Positions 19,863-28,927 of a stretch of DNA of 64,000 nt are shown here, one piece after another; position 1 is the stretch's first letter, and every line of letters begins with the position of its first letter. The stretch covers positions 3,218,082-3,282,081 of the forward strand of contig OZ252091.1 of assembly GCA_965248145.1 (NCBI GenBank), written 5' to 3'. The position numbers and the translations under genes were made by a program. Under the pieces are notes generated by a model. It made no database searches, was not told the DNA's origin, and was given only the letters and a program-made list of their open reading frames with translations. The DNA is from Gammaproteobacteria bacterium. GTDB lineage: Bacteria; Pseudomonadota; Gammaproteobacteria; Eutrophobiales; Eutrophobiaceae.

Positions 19863-20420
19863 TCAAGGCTCATCCAGCAGGTCTTTGATGGTTGCTTCGA
19901 TTTTCCCGGCTTGCCGGTCGCCTTCATGTGTTTCGCCATAAAACACCGCACGCAGGAGGCCTTTTTTATCCACGATATAAAACGCGGGCCAGTAACGATT
20001 ACCCATCGCACGCCAGTAGGAGAAATCATTGTCGAGCATCACCGGGTGGCGCAAACCGAATTCTTCGATCTTCGCTTCCACGTTCTTTCTTACCCGCTCG
20101 TGCTCAAATTCCGGGGTGTGTACCCCGACAACTTGCAGACCCCTGGACTCCAGCCGCGCCTCCATGGCCTTCATCCAGGGGAAAGAACGGTAACAATTCC
20201 AGCAATCGAACGTCCAGAAATCCACTAAAACGACTTTGCCGCGCAGGTCTTCCCAAGTGAGAGGCGCGGAATTCAACCACTCGTCATCTCCGGCGTGGGT
20301 AAAAGCCGGCGCCGGTATTGCTTCGTCAGCAGGTCGGCCGGTTGCCGAGGTGGGGAACCGGACGATTAAAACAACCAGACCGGCAATAAGCAGTGAATAA
20401 ATAAAGACTCTTCCAGTCAT
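19863..20420 (-). CDS. thioredoxin-like thiol-disulfide oxidoreductase (TlpA/ResA family), secreted or membrane-anchored
   Basis: CWNC active site (FWTFDCWNCYRSFP). N-terminal hydrophobic segment MTGRVFIYSLLIAGLVVLIV. The start is set at the internal ATG 20418-20420. Confidence 0.7.
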   Translation of the reverse strand: MTGRVFIYSLLIAGLVVLIVRFPTSATGRPADEAIPAPAFTHAGDDEWLNSAPLTWEDLRGKVVLVDFWTFDCWNCYRSFPWMKAMEARLESRGLQVVGVHTPEFEHERVRKNVEAKIEEFGLRHPVMLDNDFSYWRAMGNRYWPAFYIVDKKGLLRAVFYGETHEGDRQAGKIEATIKDLLDEP

Positions 20421-20452
20421 GTTAATATTGATACAGTAAGTTAGGGGGTCAG

Positions 20453-20534
20453 GTCGCACATTGCACACGCAGTTGGCGTATCGTAACCTCATGCTTAACC
20501 CATATTTGCGTGTGCAATGTGCGACCTGACCCCA
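20453..20534. promoter_or_regulatory. 27-bp perfect inverted repeat (ggggtcaggtcgcacattgcacacgca / tgcgtgtgcaatgtgcgacctgacccc) in the divergent promoter region
   Basis: The two arms are separated by an approximately 28-nt loop. The repeat lies between the TlpA-like gene on the minus strand and the gamma-CA-like gene on the plus strand. Confidence 0.6.
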
Positions 20535-20574
20535 TTCACACCGATGTGTTTTTAATAACGGGAAAAATAATATA

Positions 20575-21099
20575 ATGATCAGGGCATTTCAGGGTATCAC
20601 ACCCGCCATAGCCGCATCCACTTATGTTGATGAGATGGCCGTTGTCATCGGTAACGTCAGCATTGGAGAAGACTCCTCGATCTGGCCCATGACAGTGATT
20701 CGAGGAGACGTGAATACCATTATCATCGGTGACAGAACCAGCATCCAGGATGGTTCAGTCCTGCACGTCAACCACGATGCCCACTACAACCCCGGCGGCG
20801 ACCCGTTGCGCATCGGCAGTAACGTCACCGTCGGCCATAAGGTCATGCTGCATGGCTGCACTATTCAAGACCGCTGTCTGATCGGCATGTCCTCGACAAT
20901 CCTGGATAAGGTCGTGGTTGAATCCAATACGATTATCGGCGCGGGCAGCCTGGTCTCACCGGGAAAAATCCTGAAAAGCGGGTACCTTTACGTGGGTTCG
21001 CCGGCGCGCCAGGTACGTAAACTGACGGATGACGAACTGGCCTACCTGGATTATGCCGCGGATTATTACGCCAAGCTGAAGTCGAAGCATGGCTGTTAA
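20575..21099 (+). CDS. gamma-carbonic-anhydrase-like hexapeptide-repeat protein (YrdA/CaiE/PaaY family)
   Basis: 174 aa with a left-handed beta-helix and hexapeptide repeats (VIGNVSIGEDSSIWPMTVIRGDVNTIIIGDRTSIQDGSVLH). Confidence 0.8.
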   Translation: MIRAFQGITPAIAASTYVDEMAVVIGNVSIGEDSSIWPMTVIRGDVNTIIIGDRTSIQDGSVLHVNHDAHYNPGGDPLRIGSNVTVGHKVMLHGCTIQDRCLIGMSSTILDKVVVESNTIIGAGSLVSPGKILKSGYLYVGSPARQVRKLTDDELAYLDYAADYYAKLKSKHGC

Positions 21100-21212
21100 T
21101 TGTTGTCGATTGATAACCACGAGAACACAGGTGCTCTGCCACTTATAAAACACATCGATAAACGGTAATATTCATAACCGAACCGATAACGTATCCCGTA
21201 AAGAGGAAAATT

Positions 21213-22580
21213 ATGGACCTGGCCAAACGCAAACTCATCGACCTGCAATCCTATATTGAATTCATGGAGCGGCATAACCATTTAATCCGGGTGAAAAGCG
21301 AGGTGGACCCCGACTTTGAACTGGCCGGTATTGCCAGGAAATTTGAAGGCGGCAAGGCCGTATTGTTCGAGAACGTCAAGGGCCGGGATTACCCGGTGTT
21401 GATCGGCCTCTACTGGAATCGCGACTTCCTGGCCAGGTTTTTCCAGACCACCAGCGCCCGCTTGCCTTTTGTGCTGGCCGACGATATCCGCGCCTGGCGT
21501 CAAAACCCCATCGAACCGGTTGTCGTAAAACAAGGCCCGGCCAACGAGGTGATTGAGGCTGACCCTGATCTTTCCACGCTGCCGATACCGCACCATGCCG
21601 AGGGTGACGGCGGCCATTACCTGACCTCCAGCGTCGTGATTGCAAAAGACCCGGATACAGGGGTACGCAACCTCTCCATCCATCGCATGATGGTGACCGG
21701 CAAAAACCGGTTTACCCTGTTACTGGAGGAGTTAGGCCACCTGATGGATTATTTCAAGCGGGCCGAAGCCAGGGGGCAACCCCTGGAACTCACCGTTAAC
21801 AACGGAGCGGATTATGCCCTGAGCATGGCCGCCGCGTCGCCGGCATCCGCCGCGCCGATGGAAATGGATGAAATCGGCATAGCCTGTCAGATGCACGGCG
21901 CGCCGGTCAGGTTGCTGGAAGCGCAAACCGTGGGCGTGGAAGCCTGCGCCGACGCCCAATTCGTCATTGAGGGAAGAATACTGCCAAACGTCAGGGAACC
22001 GGAAGGTCCTTACGCGGAGGTAACCGGCTACTACGCCGGTGTTGGAGACCGCTGGGTGTTTGAAGTCTCTGCCATTACCCGGCGACGCCAACCGATCTTC
22101 CATTCCATTCTTTCCGGCAAGGAAGTCTACAATGCCTACGGCCTCATCGCCGGGGCCGGCGCGTTCGATAAAATTCACAGCCTGGTACCGGAGGTCACGG
22201 CAGTGCATTTCTCCGACGGCAGCATACCCTATCACCTGGTAGTACAGATTGACAAGAAGCACGAAGGCAGCCAACGCAATGCCATCATGGCCGCCTTTGT
22301 TTCCCTGGCTTTTGTAAAAACGGTCACCGTGGTGGATACGGACGTAGACATTTACAGCCTGGCAGACGTGGATTGGGCGGTACAGACCCGCTGCCGGTTT
22401 GACCGGGATCTACTGCCTATTCCCGACTCTATCGGTCATCGCCTGAACCCCATGGTGGAAAACGACAAGTGGACCCGGCTGGGCATCGACGCCACCGTAC
22501 CGTTACCCCGGGAAGATAAATACAACCGGGCCACCATGCGCGACGTCAACCTGGACGATTTCGATATCGAGGGCGCCTGA
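21213..22580 (+). CDS. UbiD-family (prFMN-dependent) aromatic acid decarboxylase/carboxylase
   Basis: 455 aa. The UbiD N-terminal and middle domains are recognisable. No ubiX partner lies in the window. Confidence 0.75.
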   Translation: MDLAKRKLIDLQSYIEFMERHNHLIRVKSEVDPDFELAGIARKFEGGKAVLFENVKGRDYPVLIGLYWNRDFLARFFQTTSARLPFVLADDIRAWRQNPIEPVVVKQGPANEVIEADPDLSTLPIPHHAEGDGGHYLTSSVVIAKDPDTGVRNLSIHRMMVTGKNRFTLLLEELGHLMDYFKRAEARGQPLELTVNNGADYALSMAAASPASAAPMEMDEIGIACQMHGAPVRLLEAQTVGVEACADAQFVIEGRILPNVREPEGPYAEVTGYYAGVGDRWVFEVSAITRRRQPIFHSILSGKEVYNAYGLIAGAGAFDKIHSLVPEVTAVHFSDGSIPYHLVVQIDKKHEGSQRNAIMAAFVSLAFVKTVTVVDTDVDIYSLADVDWAVQTRCRFDRDLLPIPDSIGHRLNPMVENDKWTRLGIDATVPLPREDKYNRATMRDVNLDDFDIEGA

Positions 22581-22790
22581 CTTCAGGCGCACGCACACTT
22601 TTGAATCGAGGTATTACCATTCCGCGCAAGCGGAGCAGTGGCACAGAGCTTGTCCCTGCATGTTGTAAGCAGGGGGATGTGCCGTTTACGGACCAAAGGA
22701 CGGAAATCCAGTGGACAAACCTTCCTTATTTTATAGTGAAATAAACTGATGCGCCTTTCCTGTAATGAAGTTCGCGTGCGCTAGTCACGG

Positions 22791-22858
22791 GGTCAGAGTC
22801 ACGGGGTCAAGTCTTTGATTTTGGTCAGAGTCACGGGGTCAAGTCTTTGATTTTTGAT
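22791..22858. repeat. tandem direct repeat ggtcagagtcacggggtcaagtctttgatttt x2
   Basis: Two adjacent copies of about 33 bp followed by a partial inverted copy (aaatcaaagacctgagaccacgac). This is the left edge of the TA island. Confidence 0.7.
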
Positions 22859-23133
22859 ATTAACTATTGAAACTGACAAAAAGTCGATTATAAATCAAAG
22901 ACCTGAGACCACGACTAACGGTACAGGCATAGTGCAATCCTTCGTTGGCGTGGTTGTGGCATTATAACTTGCCTGGAATACTTCATCGGCTTCACAATGA
23001 TTCTGCCTACGCTACTCGCAATCATTTAACCCGGACGCACTGCGTTAAATGATTTCGCCTCTGCACCTTTTAAATTTATTTTAAAAACACTTTTTAATGT
23101 GTATCATATATTGAAATTCACATTAGAGACGAG

Positions 23134-23388
23134 GTGACTATGGAGACCCTTCTTACCAATAAGACCGTATCTGTAACCGAGTTACGCGAACCCAGGAAAG
23201 TCATCGACAAGGCGGGATCTCAACCTGTGGCAGTTCTCAATCGCTCAAACGTGGTGGGATACTTTGTCCCGGCGAGTGCCGTGGAAAAACTTGATTTCAG
23301 GGCCTGCGAAACAGGCGAAGTGATGGCTGCGCTGGATACTCTCGATGATAACGCGCTGGCGGTAAACGATTACCTCAAAGACAAGTGA
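23134..23388 (+). CDS. phd: Phd/YefM-family antitoxin
   Basis: 84 aa resembling Phd/YefM. It overlaps the downstream doc by 4 bp. Confidence 0.7.
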   Translation: MTMETLLTNKTVSVTELREPRKVIDKAGSQPVAVLNRSNVVGYFVPASAVEKLDFRACETGEVMAALDTLDDNALAVNDYLKDK

Positions 23389-23780
23389 TGCGCTATATCA
23401 CGGCTGAGCAAGTCGTTGCCATACATGAACGAGTGATACTGAGTCACGAGTTACAGGGCATAGCGAACAACCGACCTGTTGAAGCCGTGATTGGCAGGAT
23501 CGAAAACCGCCTCGCTTATGGCCTTATCGGTGACATTTACGATCTTGCCGCCTGTTACGCCTGCTATATTGCCATCGGCCACTGCTTTCACGACGCCAAC
23601 AAGCGAACCGCGCACACGGCGATGCAGGTCATCCTGAAATTGAATGGTATTCAGCTTGAGTACGATATACAAACCCTTGGAGACATGATCATAAAAGCAG
23701 CCCAAGGTATCGTCGAAGAAACGGAACTTGCAGCTTTTCTTCGAAGCTTGCCATCCATGGTTGTGGACGGTGGTCTATAA
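23385..23780 (+). CDS. doc: Doc (death-on-curing) Fic-fold toxin
   Basis: 131 aa with the Fic/Doc motif HCFHDANKRTA (HxFx[DN][AG]NKR). Confidence 0.75.
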   Translation: MMRYITAEQVVAIHERVILSHELQGIANNRPVEAVIGRIENRLAYGLIGDIYDLAACYACYIAIGHCFHDANKRTAHTAMQVILKLNGIQLEYDIQTLGDMIIKAAQGIVEETELAAFLRSLPSMVVDGGL

Positions 23781-23823
23781 TTCGCAGACATAGGAATCGA
23801 TATTATCAATCCATGGAGAGCAG

Positions 23824-25284
23824 ATGACAAAAATCGGCCGCAATGATCCCTGCCTCTGCGGCAGCGGTAAAAAATACAAGAAGTGTTGCCTGTACAAGAC
23901 CTCCTCGCCGGTTGCCAGCCTGAGCTGGCGGAAGATGCGCAGGACAGAGGGTGAGCTTATCCATACTTTGACGGGATATGTGGATAAATATTATGGCCCG
24001 GGCGCAGTGCTCGAGGCATGGGATGAGTTTACACTGTGGGATGAGGCGCCTATGGACCCGGAATCCGAACCCGAGTTGGATACCGTATTCTTTCCCTGGT
24101 TCATGTTCAACTGGATACCGGACAATATCGAGTTAGGCGAGGAGATGCATTATCCTGAAATGCAGGTAGCCATGCATTACCTGGAGAAAAGCGGAGCGCG
24201 AATCGATTCATACCAACGGCAATTCATTGGGGAAGCCTGCTCGCAGCCCTACAGCTTCTTCGTGGTTACGGGGATTATGCCTGGCAAGCAATTGACACTA
24301 CGGGACCTGCTGCTGAAGCGGGATATCACTGTTCATGAACGTCTGGCATCGACCACTCTGCACAAGGGAGCGATCCTCTATGCCCGCGTTATTACCATGG
24401 ACGATAATTCCATTATGCTGGGTTGTGCGCCCACGGTAATCCCGCCCTCCTATCTTGATTTTTTCATCGAAGTTCGTGAGGACTTTGCTGAAAAGCGTCC
24501 CGGTTACGGTCAAAATTACCTTCTGGAGTGTGACCTCGAATTACGGGATATCTATTATCAGATCCGGGAACAACTGTTTAACCCCGTTTTGCCGGAACTG
24601 CAGAACACGGATGGTGACCCGTTACAGTTGTCGAAGCTCTACTACAGGCTTAAATGTACACCTCGCGAGGGTCTCGATGCGTTGGCAACCCTGGCCCTGG
24701 TAGAGAATGCTGATGAACTCAGACACGAGGGCACATTCGATGAGCAGGGTGAACTGGTGTCCATTGAGTTCTCCTGGTTAAAGAAGGGAAATAAAAAGCA
24801 TAATGAGTGGGAAAATACCATACTGGGACACATCGTTATCAATGGCGATCAGTTGACTATTGACGTCAATTCTCAGAAGCGCGCGAACGCCATCAGACGC
24901 AAGATAGAGCGTCATCTTGGGAAACGAGCGGAATTCCGCAATGAGGTAATCCAATCTACGGAAAAACTGCTTGAGGAAATGCAAAACAGCCCGCCTGATG
25001 AGAAACAAAAAACGGCTATGCAGGAAAGTGAAGCTTTTCAGGCTATCCCGGAGGTGCGGCAGAAACTGGAAGAAATGACTGAACAGCATTGGAAAAGCTG
25101 GCTGGATGAGCCCATTCCCGCACTCAGGGATCAAACTCCGCGCGAGGCGGCAAAAACAGCAGCCGGCAGGGAGCGTCTGGAAGCGTTACTGTGGCACTAT
25201 GAGTGGCAATCAGATAAGCACAAATCCGGGCACGCGTTCAAGCCGAACATTGCAGAGATAAAGAAAACCCTGGGAATGGAATAA
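23824..25284 (+). CDS. SEC-C (SecA C-terminal-like zinc-binding) motif protein of unknown function
   Basis: N-terminal RNDPCLCGSGKKYKKCC, which is the canonical SEC-C motif. The remaining roughly 450 aa carry no motif I recognise. Confidence 0.6.
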   Translation: MTKIGRNDPCLCGSGKKYKKCCLYKTSSPVASLSWRKMRRTEGELIHTLTGYVDKYYGPGAVLEAWDEFTLWDEAPMDPESEPELDTVFFPWFMFNWIPDNIELGEEMHYPEMQVAMHYLEKSGARIDSYQRQFIGEACSQPYSFFVVTGIMPGKQLTLRDLLLKRDITVHERLASTTLHKGAILYARVITMDDNSIMLGCAPTVIPPSYLDFFIEVREDFAEKRPGYGQNYLLECDLELRDIYYQIREQLFNPVLPELQNTDGDPLQLSKLYYRLKCTPREGLDALATLALVENADELRHEGTFDEQGELVSIEFSWLKKGNKKHNEWENTILGHIVINGDQLTIDVNSQKRANAIRRKIERHLGKRAEFRNEVIQSTEKLLEEMQNSPPDEKQKTAMQESEAFQAIPEVRQKLEEMTEQHWKSWLDEPIPALRDQTPREAAKTAAGRERLEALLWHYEWQSDKHKSGHAFKPNIAEIKKTLGME

Positions 25285-25321
25285 ACTCTCCAGTAGCCCG
25301 GCTACCGGTCACATTTTTTCA

Positions 25322-25445
25322 GGCAGACTTATTTGGTGACCGGTTTCAAGCCCAGTTTGTTCTTGTACCAGTCCGTCGCCGCCGGGAGATCACTGTAATA
25401 AAAAAACGCCCCCCCCTGCTATGGATGGATGTCCGTCATCTGCTG
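25322..25445 (+). other. diverged partial duplicate of the 5' end of the VOC gene at 28231-28725 (island-boundary direct repeat)
   Basis: 25337-25440 aligns at about 85% identity with 28553-28656. The conserved core is gtttgttcttgtaccagtccg.cgccgccgg.agatc..tgtaataaaaaaacg...ctgctatggatggatg. Confidence 0.7.
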
Positions 25446-25469
25446 CGTGAGTCACTGAGTCACGGGCTG

Positions 25470-25650
25470 CGAGATCAGGGTCGGACCTACATATCTGGGG
25501 TCGGACCTACATATCTGTTTGTTTTAATTCATTTTACATCTCACTAACATCTGTTATCTCTCCTTAAAGCACCCATTTTACTATCCAAATGGGGACTGTA
25601 AGACCGGGCACTTTCTTGATAGTACCACCCTATAATCAGGGCTATTATGG
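25470..25650. repeat. approximately 180-bp repeat, copy A (begins with a duplicated gggtcggacctacatatctg)
   Basis: Highly similar to 26275-26460. Shared blocks are ctgtttgttttaattcakttta.atct..t..ta..tctgttat.tctccttaaagc..ccatttt.ctatc.aaatggg.a.tgtaagac...gg...tt.cttgatag.a...t.cataatcagggctatt. Confidence 0.8.
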
Positions 25651-25804
25651 GTATCCAGGTAATTCACTCACAGATGCATCAAAAATGCGGTTGATGTGGT
25701 GAGAGGCGCTTCCAGCCTGAAACATCTTGCGACACAGTCGGCCTTGATTGCATTGCAATCATTGTGTAGAATATCGATCAATGCAAACAGCGAACGGTAA
25801 GGCC

Positions 25805-26047
25805 ATGGCGAGTATTACAATCCGCAATCTTGATAACGAAGTGAAAACACAACTCCGCATAAGAGCGGCTGGTCATGGCCGTTCGATGGAGGAGGAGGCG
25901 CGCATGATCCTGCGCGAAGCGGTTGAGCGAGAAGGCGGTCCAACAAATCTCGCGAGCGCCATCCGCGCCCGCTTTGTACACTTGGGCGGTGTGGAGTTAG
26001 ACTTGCCGCCGCGTGAACCAATGCGCGAACCACCCAAGTTCGAGTGA
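25805..26047 (+). CDS. VapB/FitA-like ribbon-helix-helix antitoxin
   Basis: MASITIRNLDNEVKTQLRIRAAGHGRSMEEEARMILREAV... A Shine-Dalgarno sequence aagg lies 5 nt upstream of ATG 25805. Confidence 0.65.
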   Translation: MASITIRNLDNEVKTQLRIRAAGHGRSMEEEARMILREAVEREGGPTNLASAIRARFVHLGGVELDLPPREPMREPPKFE

Positions 26048-26057
26048 GGATACGAGG

Positions 26058-26234
26058 ATGTTTATTCTTGACACCAATGTTGTTTCCGAACTGATGCGTC
26101 CAACGCCGAATCCGATTGTAGTGGACTGGGTAGCGGGACATGCAGCAGCGAACCTGTTTTTCTCGGCAGTGGGCGAGGACGCTCGCCTCCTGCCGAACGA
26201 CCGGGTAAGTCGTAGAGAGAACCCAAGCCGATAA
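26058..26234 (+). pseudogene. truncated vapC (PIN-domain toxin), N-terminal roughly 59 aa only
   Basis: MFILDTNVVSELMRPTPNPIVVDWV is a canonical VapC/FitB N-terminus. The ORF terminates after 59 codons, whereas a full PIN toxin is about 130 aa. Confidence 0.65.
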
Positions 26235-26274
26235 CAAGGTTATGGCGAACATTACATCCCAAGGCAGTCAGCCC

Positions 26275-26460
26275 CATGGTGGGCCGGACCTGCATAACTG
26301 TTTGTTTTAATTCAGTTTATATCTTATTCATACCTGTTATTTCTCCTTAAAGCGTCCATTTTCCTATCAAAATGGGAGATGTAAGACACAGGCTTTTCCT
26401 TGATAGCAACATTCCATAATCAGGGCTATTGTCGGGGCTATTATGGGTGTCCCAATAATG
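26275..26460. repeat. approximately 180-bp repeat, copy B
   Basis: Direct repeat of 25470-25650. Together the two copies bracket the degenerate vapBC. Confidence 0.8.
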
Positions 26461-26600
26461 GTACTAATACAATAAATATATTGTAATTTATTAAATTACT
26501 ATTAATATATTGTTTTCTAGTTATTTAACTATTAATATATTGTTTTTTGGTTATTTAACTATTAATATGATGTTTCTATTAATCAACATCTGTAATAATT

Positions 26601-26936
26601 ATGAAAACACTGACTGAACTTTCTTCCGAGCTTGGGAAACGTCGGCGATACCTGGCGCTGAATCAAACAGATATGTTGATGAAGGTTGGCATGTCACAGC
26701 AGCAATACCAGCGTGTTGAGGCAGGTAGCGACATGCGGGTTTCCACTCTTTTACGTATCCTGGAAGGCATGGGGCTAGAGCTCATGCTGGCGCCTCAAGA
26801 GCGAGTTCGACAACTGGAGAAAATACTGAGCTCGGATGATTACGATAATGTCCTCCTGCCCGCCGAGGTTGACTGGCAGGATGAGGTCAAAGAATCAGCC
26901 TGGTCTTCAGTGCTGTCAGAGCTTGAGGATGAATAA
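26601..26936 (+). CDS. hipB: HipB-like XRE-family HTH antitoxin
   Basis: 111 aa with an XRE HTH (LALNQTDMLMKVGMSQQQYQRVEAG). It sits immediately upstream of hipA. Confidence 0.75.
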   Translation: MKTLTELSSELGKRRRYLALNQTDMLMKVGMSQQQYQRVEAGSDMRVSTLLRILEGMGLELMLAPQERVRQLEKILSSDDYDNVLLPAEVDWQDEVKESAWSSVLSELEDE

Positions 26937-26938
26937 AA

Positions 26939-28207
26939 ATGGAGGAGACAAGCCGACAGGTAGAATCTGTAGAAGCATTGCAACTGACCCTGCATGGACA
27001 AAGAGTCGGAATTGTCACGCATTACTCCGGCGGTAAAAACATATTAACCTTCGACCCTGAATACCGGGCCATGACGGAAGAAACTCGAGCAACGATGACG
27101 CTGACCCAAAGGATAAATCCGAACTACCTTGACAAGGTATTGAGAAGTTCACAGAGAGTGCCACCCGTCATATCCAACCTGCTACCGGAAGGCGCTCTAC
27201 GGGAGTGGATGTCAACAACGTTGAAAATACACCCTGCAAACGAGTTCCCTTTACTGGCTTGGGTTGGCAACAACCTGCCCGGGGCTATCATTGCCGGTCC
27301 TGTGCCTGGCGGCCGGATTCCCGCTTGGGCCTTGTCTGCTAGAGACCAGGTGGAAGCGGTTCAAATTAACGTTAAAGGGACTGCACAAAAGTTTTCACTT
27401 GCCGGCGTACAAATGAAATTTTCCACCACCAGACAGGACGGACGCTACAACATCAGCGCTGAGCTGGGCGCAGACAGTTGGATTGTTAAAACACCGTCCA
27501 CGGTTCACAGGAATGTGCCGGAAAATGAATACAGCGCAATGAAGCTGGCTGAAGCAATCGCCGTGGACATTCCCGAGATAGAGCTCATTTCCCTGGATTC
27601 ACTGGACAACTTACCTGAAATTCAGTTACCGGACGAATCGTTTGCTTATGCTATCCGCCGATTTGACCGTGACGCTCAGGGACGCATACATACGGAAGAC
27701 TTTGCCCAGGTATTCGAGTTGTATGCTCACGACAAGTACGGAAAAAGTAATTATGAACAAATTGCCGCCGCACTTTATCGCTTTGGCGCGGACGGACTGG
27801 AAGACATACAACAAATGACTCGCCGGCTCCTGGCGAATATCCTGCTGGCCAATGGTGATGCCCATTTGAAGAACTGGACGTTGATTTACCCTGACACCAT
27901 CAATCCAAGGCTGGCGCCGGCATACGATATCGTTTCGACCTTACCCTATATCCGGAGCGAAACGGGTATCGCATTGAATCTTGGTAAACGGAAAGAATGG
28001 TACTCCATGGATTTGACAACGTTTCAAACCTGGGCCCAGCGAACAGGCATCCCATGGCCTGCCGTGAAGGTGCATTTGCTTGATGCCCTGACAGCGGCCC
28101 GCGACTTATGGCCCCGGATGTTGCAAGATCTGCCCATGCAGGAGACACACAAGGAAGTCCTCAAATCCCATTGGTCGAAGCTGCCGGCAGATTTTAAATT
28201 ACTGTAG
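26939..28207 (+). CDS. hipA: HipA-family serine/threonine kinase toxin
   Basis: 422 aa. The N-terminal domain carries SLAGVQMKFS. The C-terminal catalytic motif is ANILLANGDAHLKNWTLIY. Confidence 0.85.
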   Translation: MEETSRQVESVEALQLTLHGQRVGIVTHYSGGKNILTFDPEYRAMTEETRATMTLTQRINPNYLDKVLRSSQRVPPVISNLLPEGALREWMSTTLKIHPANEFPLLAWVGNNLPGAIIAGPVPGGRIPAWALSARDQVEAVQINVKGTAQKFSLAGVQMKFSTTRQDGRYNISAELGADSWIVKTPSTVHRNVPENEYSAMKLAEAIAVDIPEIELISLDSLDNLPEIQLPDESFAYAIRRFDRDAQGRIHTEDFAQVFELYAHDKYGKSNYEQIAAALYRFGADGLEDIQQMTRRLLANILLANGDAHLKNWTLIYPDTINPRLAPAYDIVSTLPYIRSETGIALNLGKRKEWYSMDLTTFQTWAQRTGIPWPAVKVHLLDALTAARDLWPRMLQDLPMQETHKEVLKSHWSKLPADFKLL

Positions 28208-28230
28208 CCCCGCAGTCGTTTTAACGAAAA

Positions 28231-28725
28231 TTATTTGCTATAGCGTTGCGCTTCCGGGCGGCTGTCTTTCCAGCGGAAGAACTCGACGATATATCCTTCC
28301 GGATCCTTCAGGCTGAATTGTTCGATCATCCCGTCAGCACCCGTTATGATGCCGTTGACGATCTCCATGCCCTCCAGGTCTTTCACCTTATCCCACCAGG
28401 CTTCCAGTTCCGCCGTATCGATGGAGAGCAAGGCGCCTTTGTCCGCGGTCGGCTTCAACGCCCCGCCGGAGGCATTCACCAGGCCGATAGAGGAAGTGGG
28501 CGTCAGTTCGAAAATGACCACCCAGTCTTCTTCGGTGGTCGCTTTAAGGCCGAGTTTGTTCTTGTACCAGTCCGCCGCCGCCGGCAGATCGTTGTAATAA
28601 AAAAACGGAACGCCACCTGCTATGGATGGATGGCTGGAATCTGCAACGACTGCCGTAGTTCCGACTAACACACTGAAAACCAGGCCGACGAGAAAGACAG
28701 ATACGGATTTCATGTTTACATTCAT
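28231..28725 (-). CDS. VOC-family (glyoxalase/bleomycin-resistance fold) protein with signal peptide
   Basis: 164 aa. N-terminal signal MKSVSVFLVGLVFSVLVGTTAVVA. The VOC fold is recognisable. The 5' end of this gene is duplicated at 25322-25445. Confidence 0.65.
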   Translation of the reverse strand: MNVNMKSVSVFLVGLVFSVLVGTTAVVADSSHPSIAGGVPFFYYNDLPAAADWYKNKLGLKATTEEDWVVIFELTPTSSIGLVNASGGALKPTADKGALLSIDTAELEAWWDKVKDLEGMEIVNGIITGADGMIEQFSLKDPEGYIVEFFRWKDSRPEAQRYSK

Positions 28726-28927
28726 CTTTTATCCCCTGCAAATAGCATTTTAAATATTATCTTAACCATGGAGTCTGCCCCTGCCTGTCACAAGCAGGGG
28801 GTCATGAATAAATTGATCGTAAGTATCGTATTCTTTTCCCCGATGTTATCCCAGCGAAAAATAACGTGCACGACAGTTCTCGCGGGTCGAACGCATACTT
28901 CAGGATGCTGCTCCGCAAGGTAGGAAT

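Noticed and set aside
28782-28805. ccctgc-N-gcaggggg hairpins (also 22654-22676, 17309-17327) as another repeat family
   Set aside because: The stems are only 6-7 bp and the loop sequences differ. They are plausible terminators, but the similarity between copies is weak.
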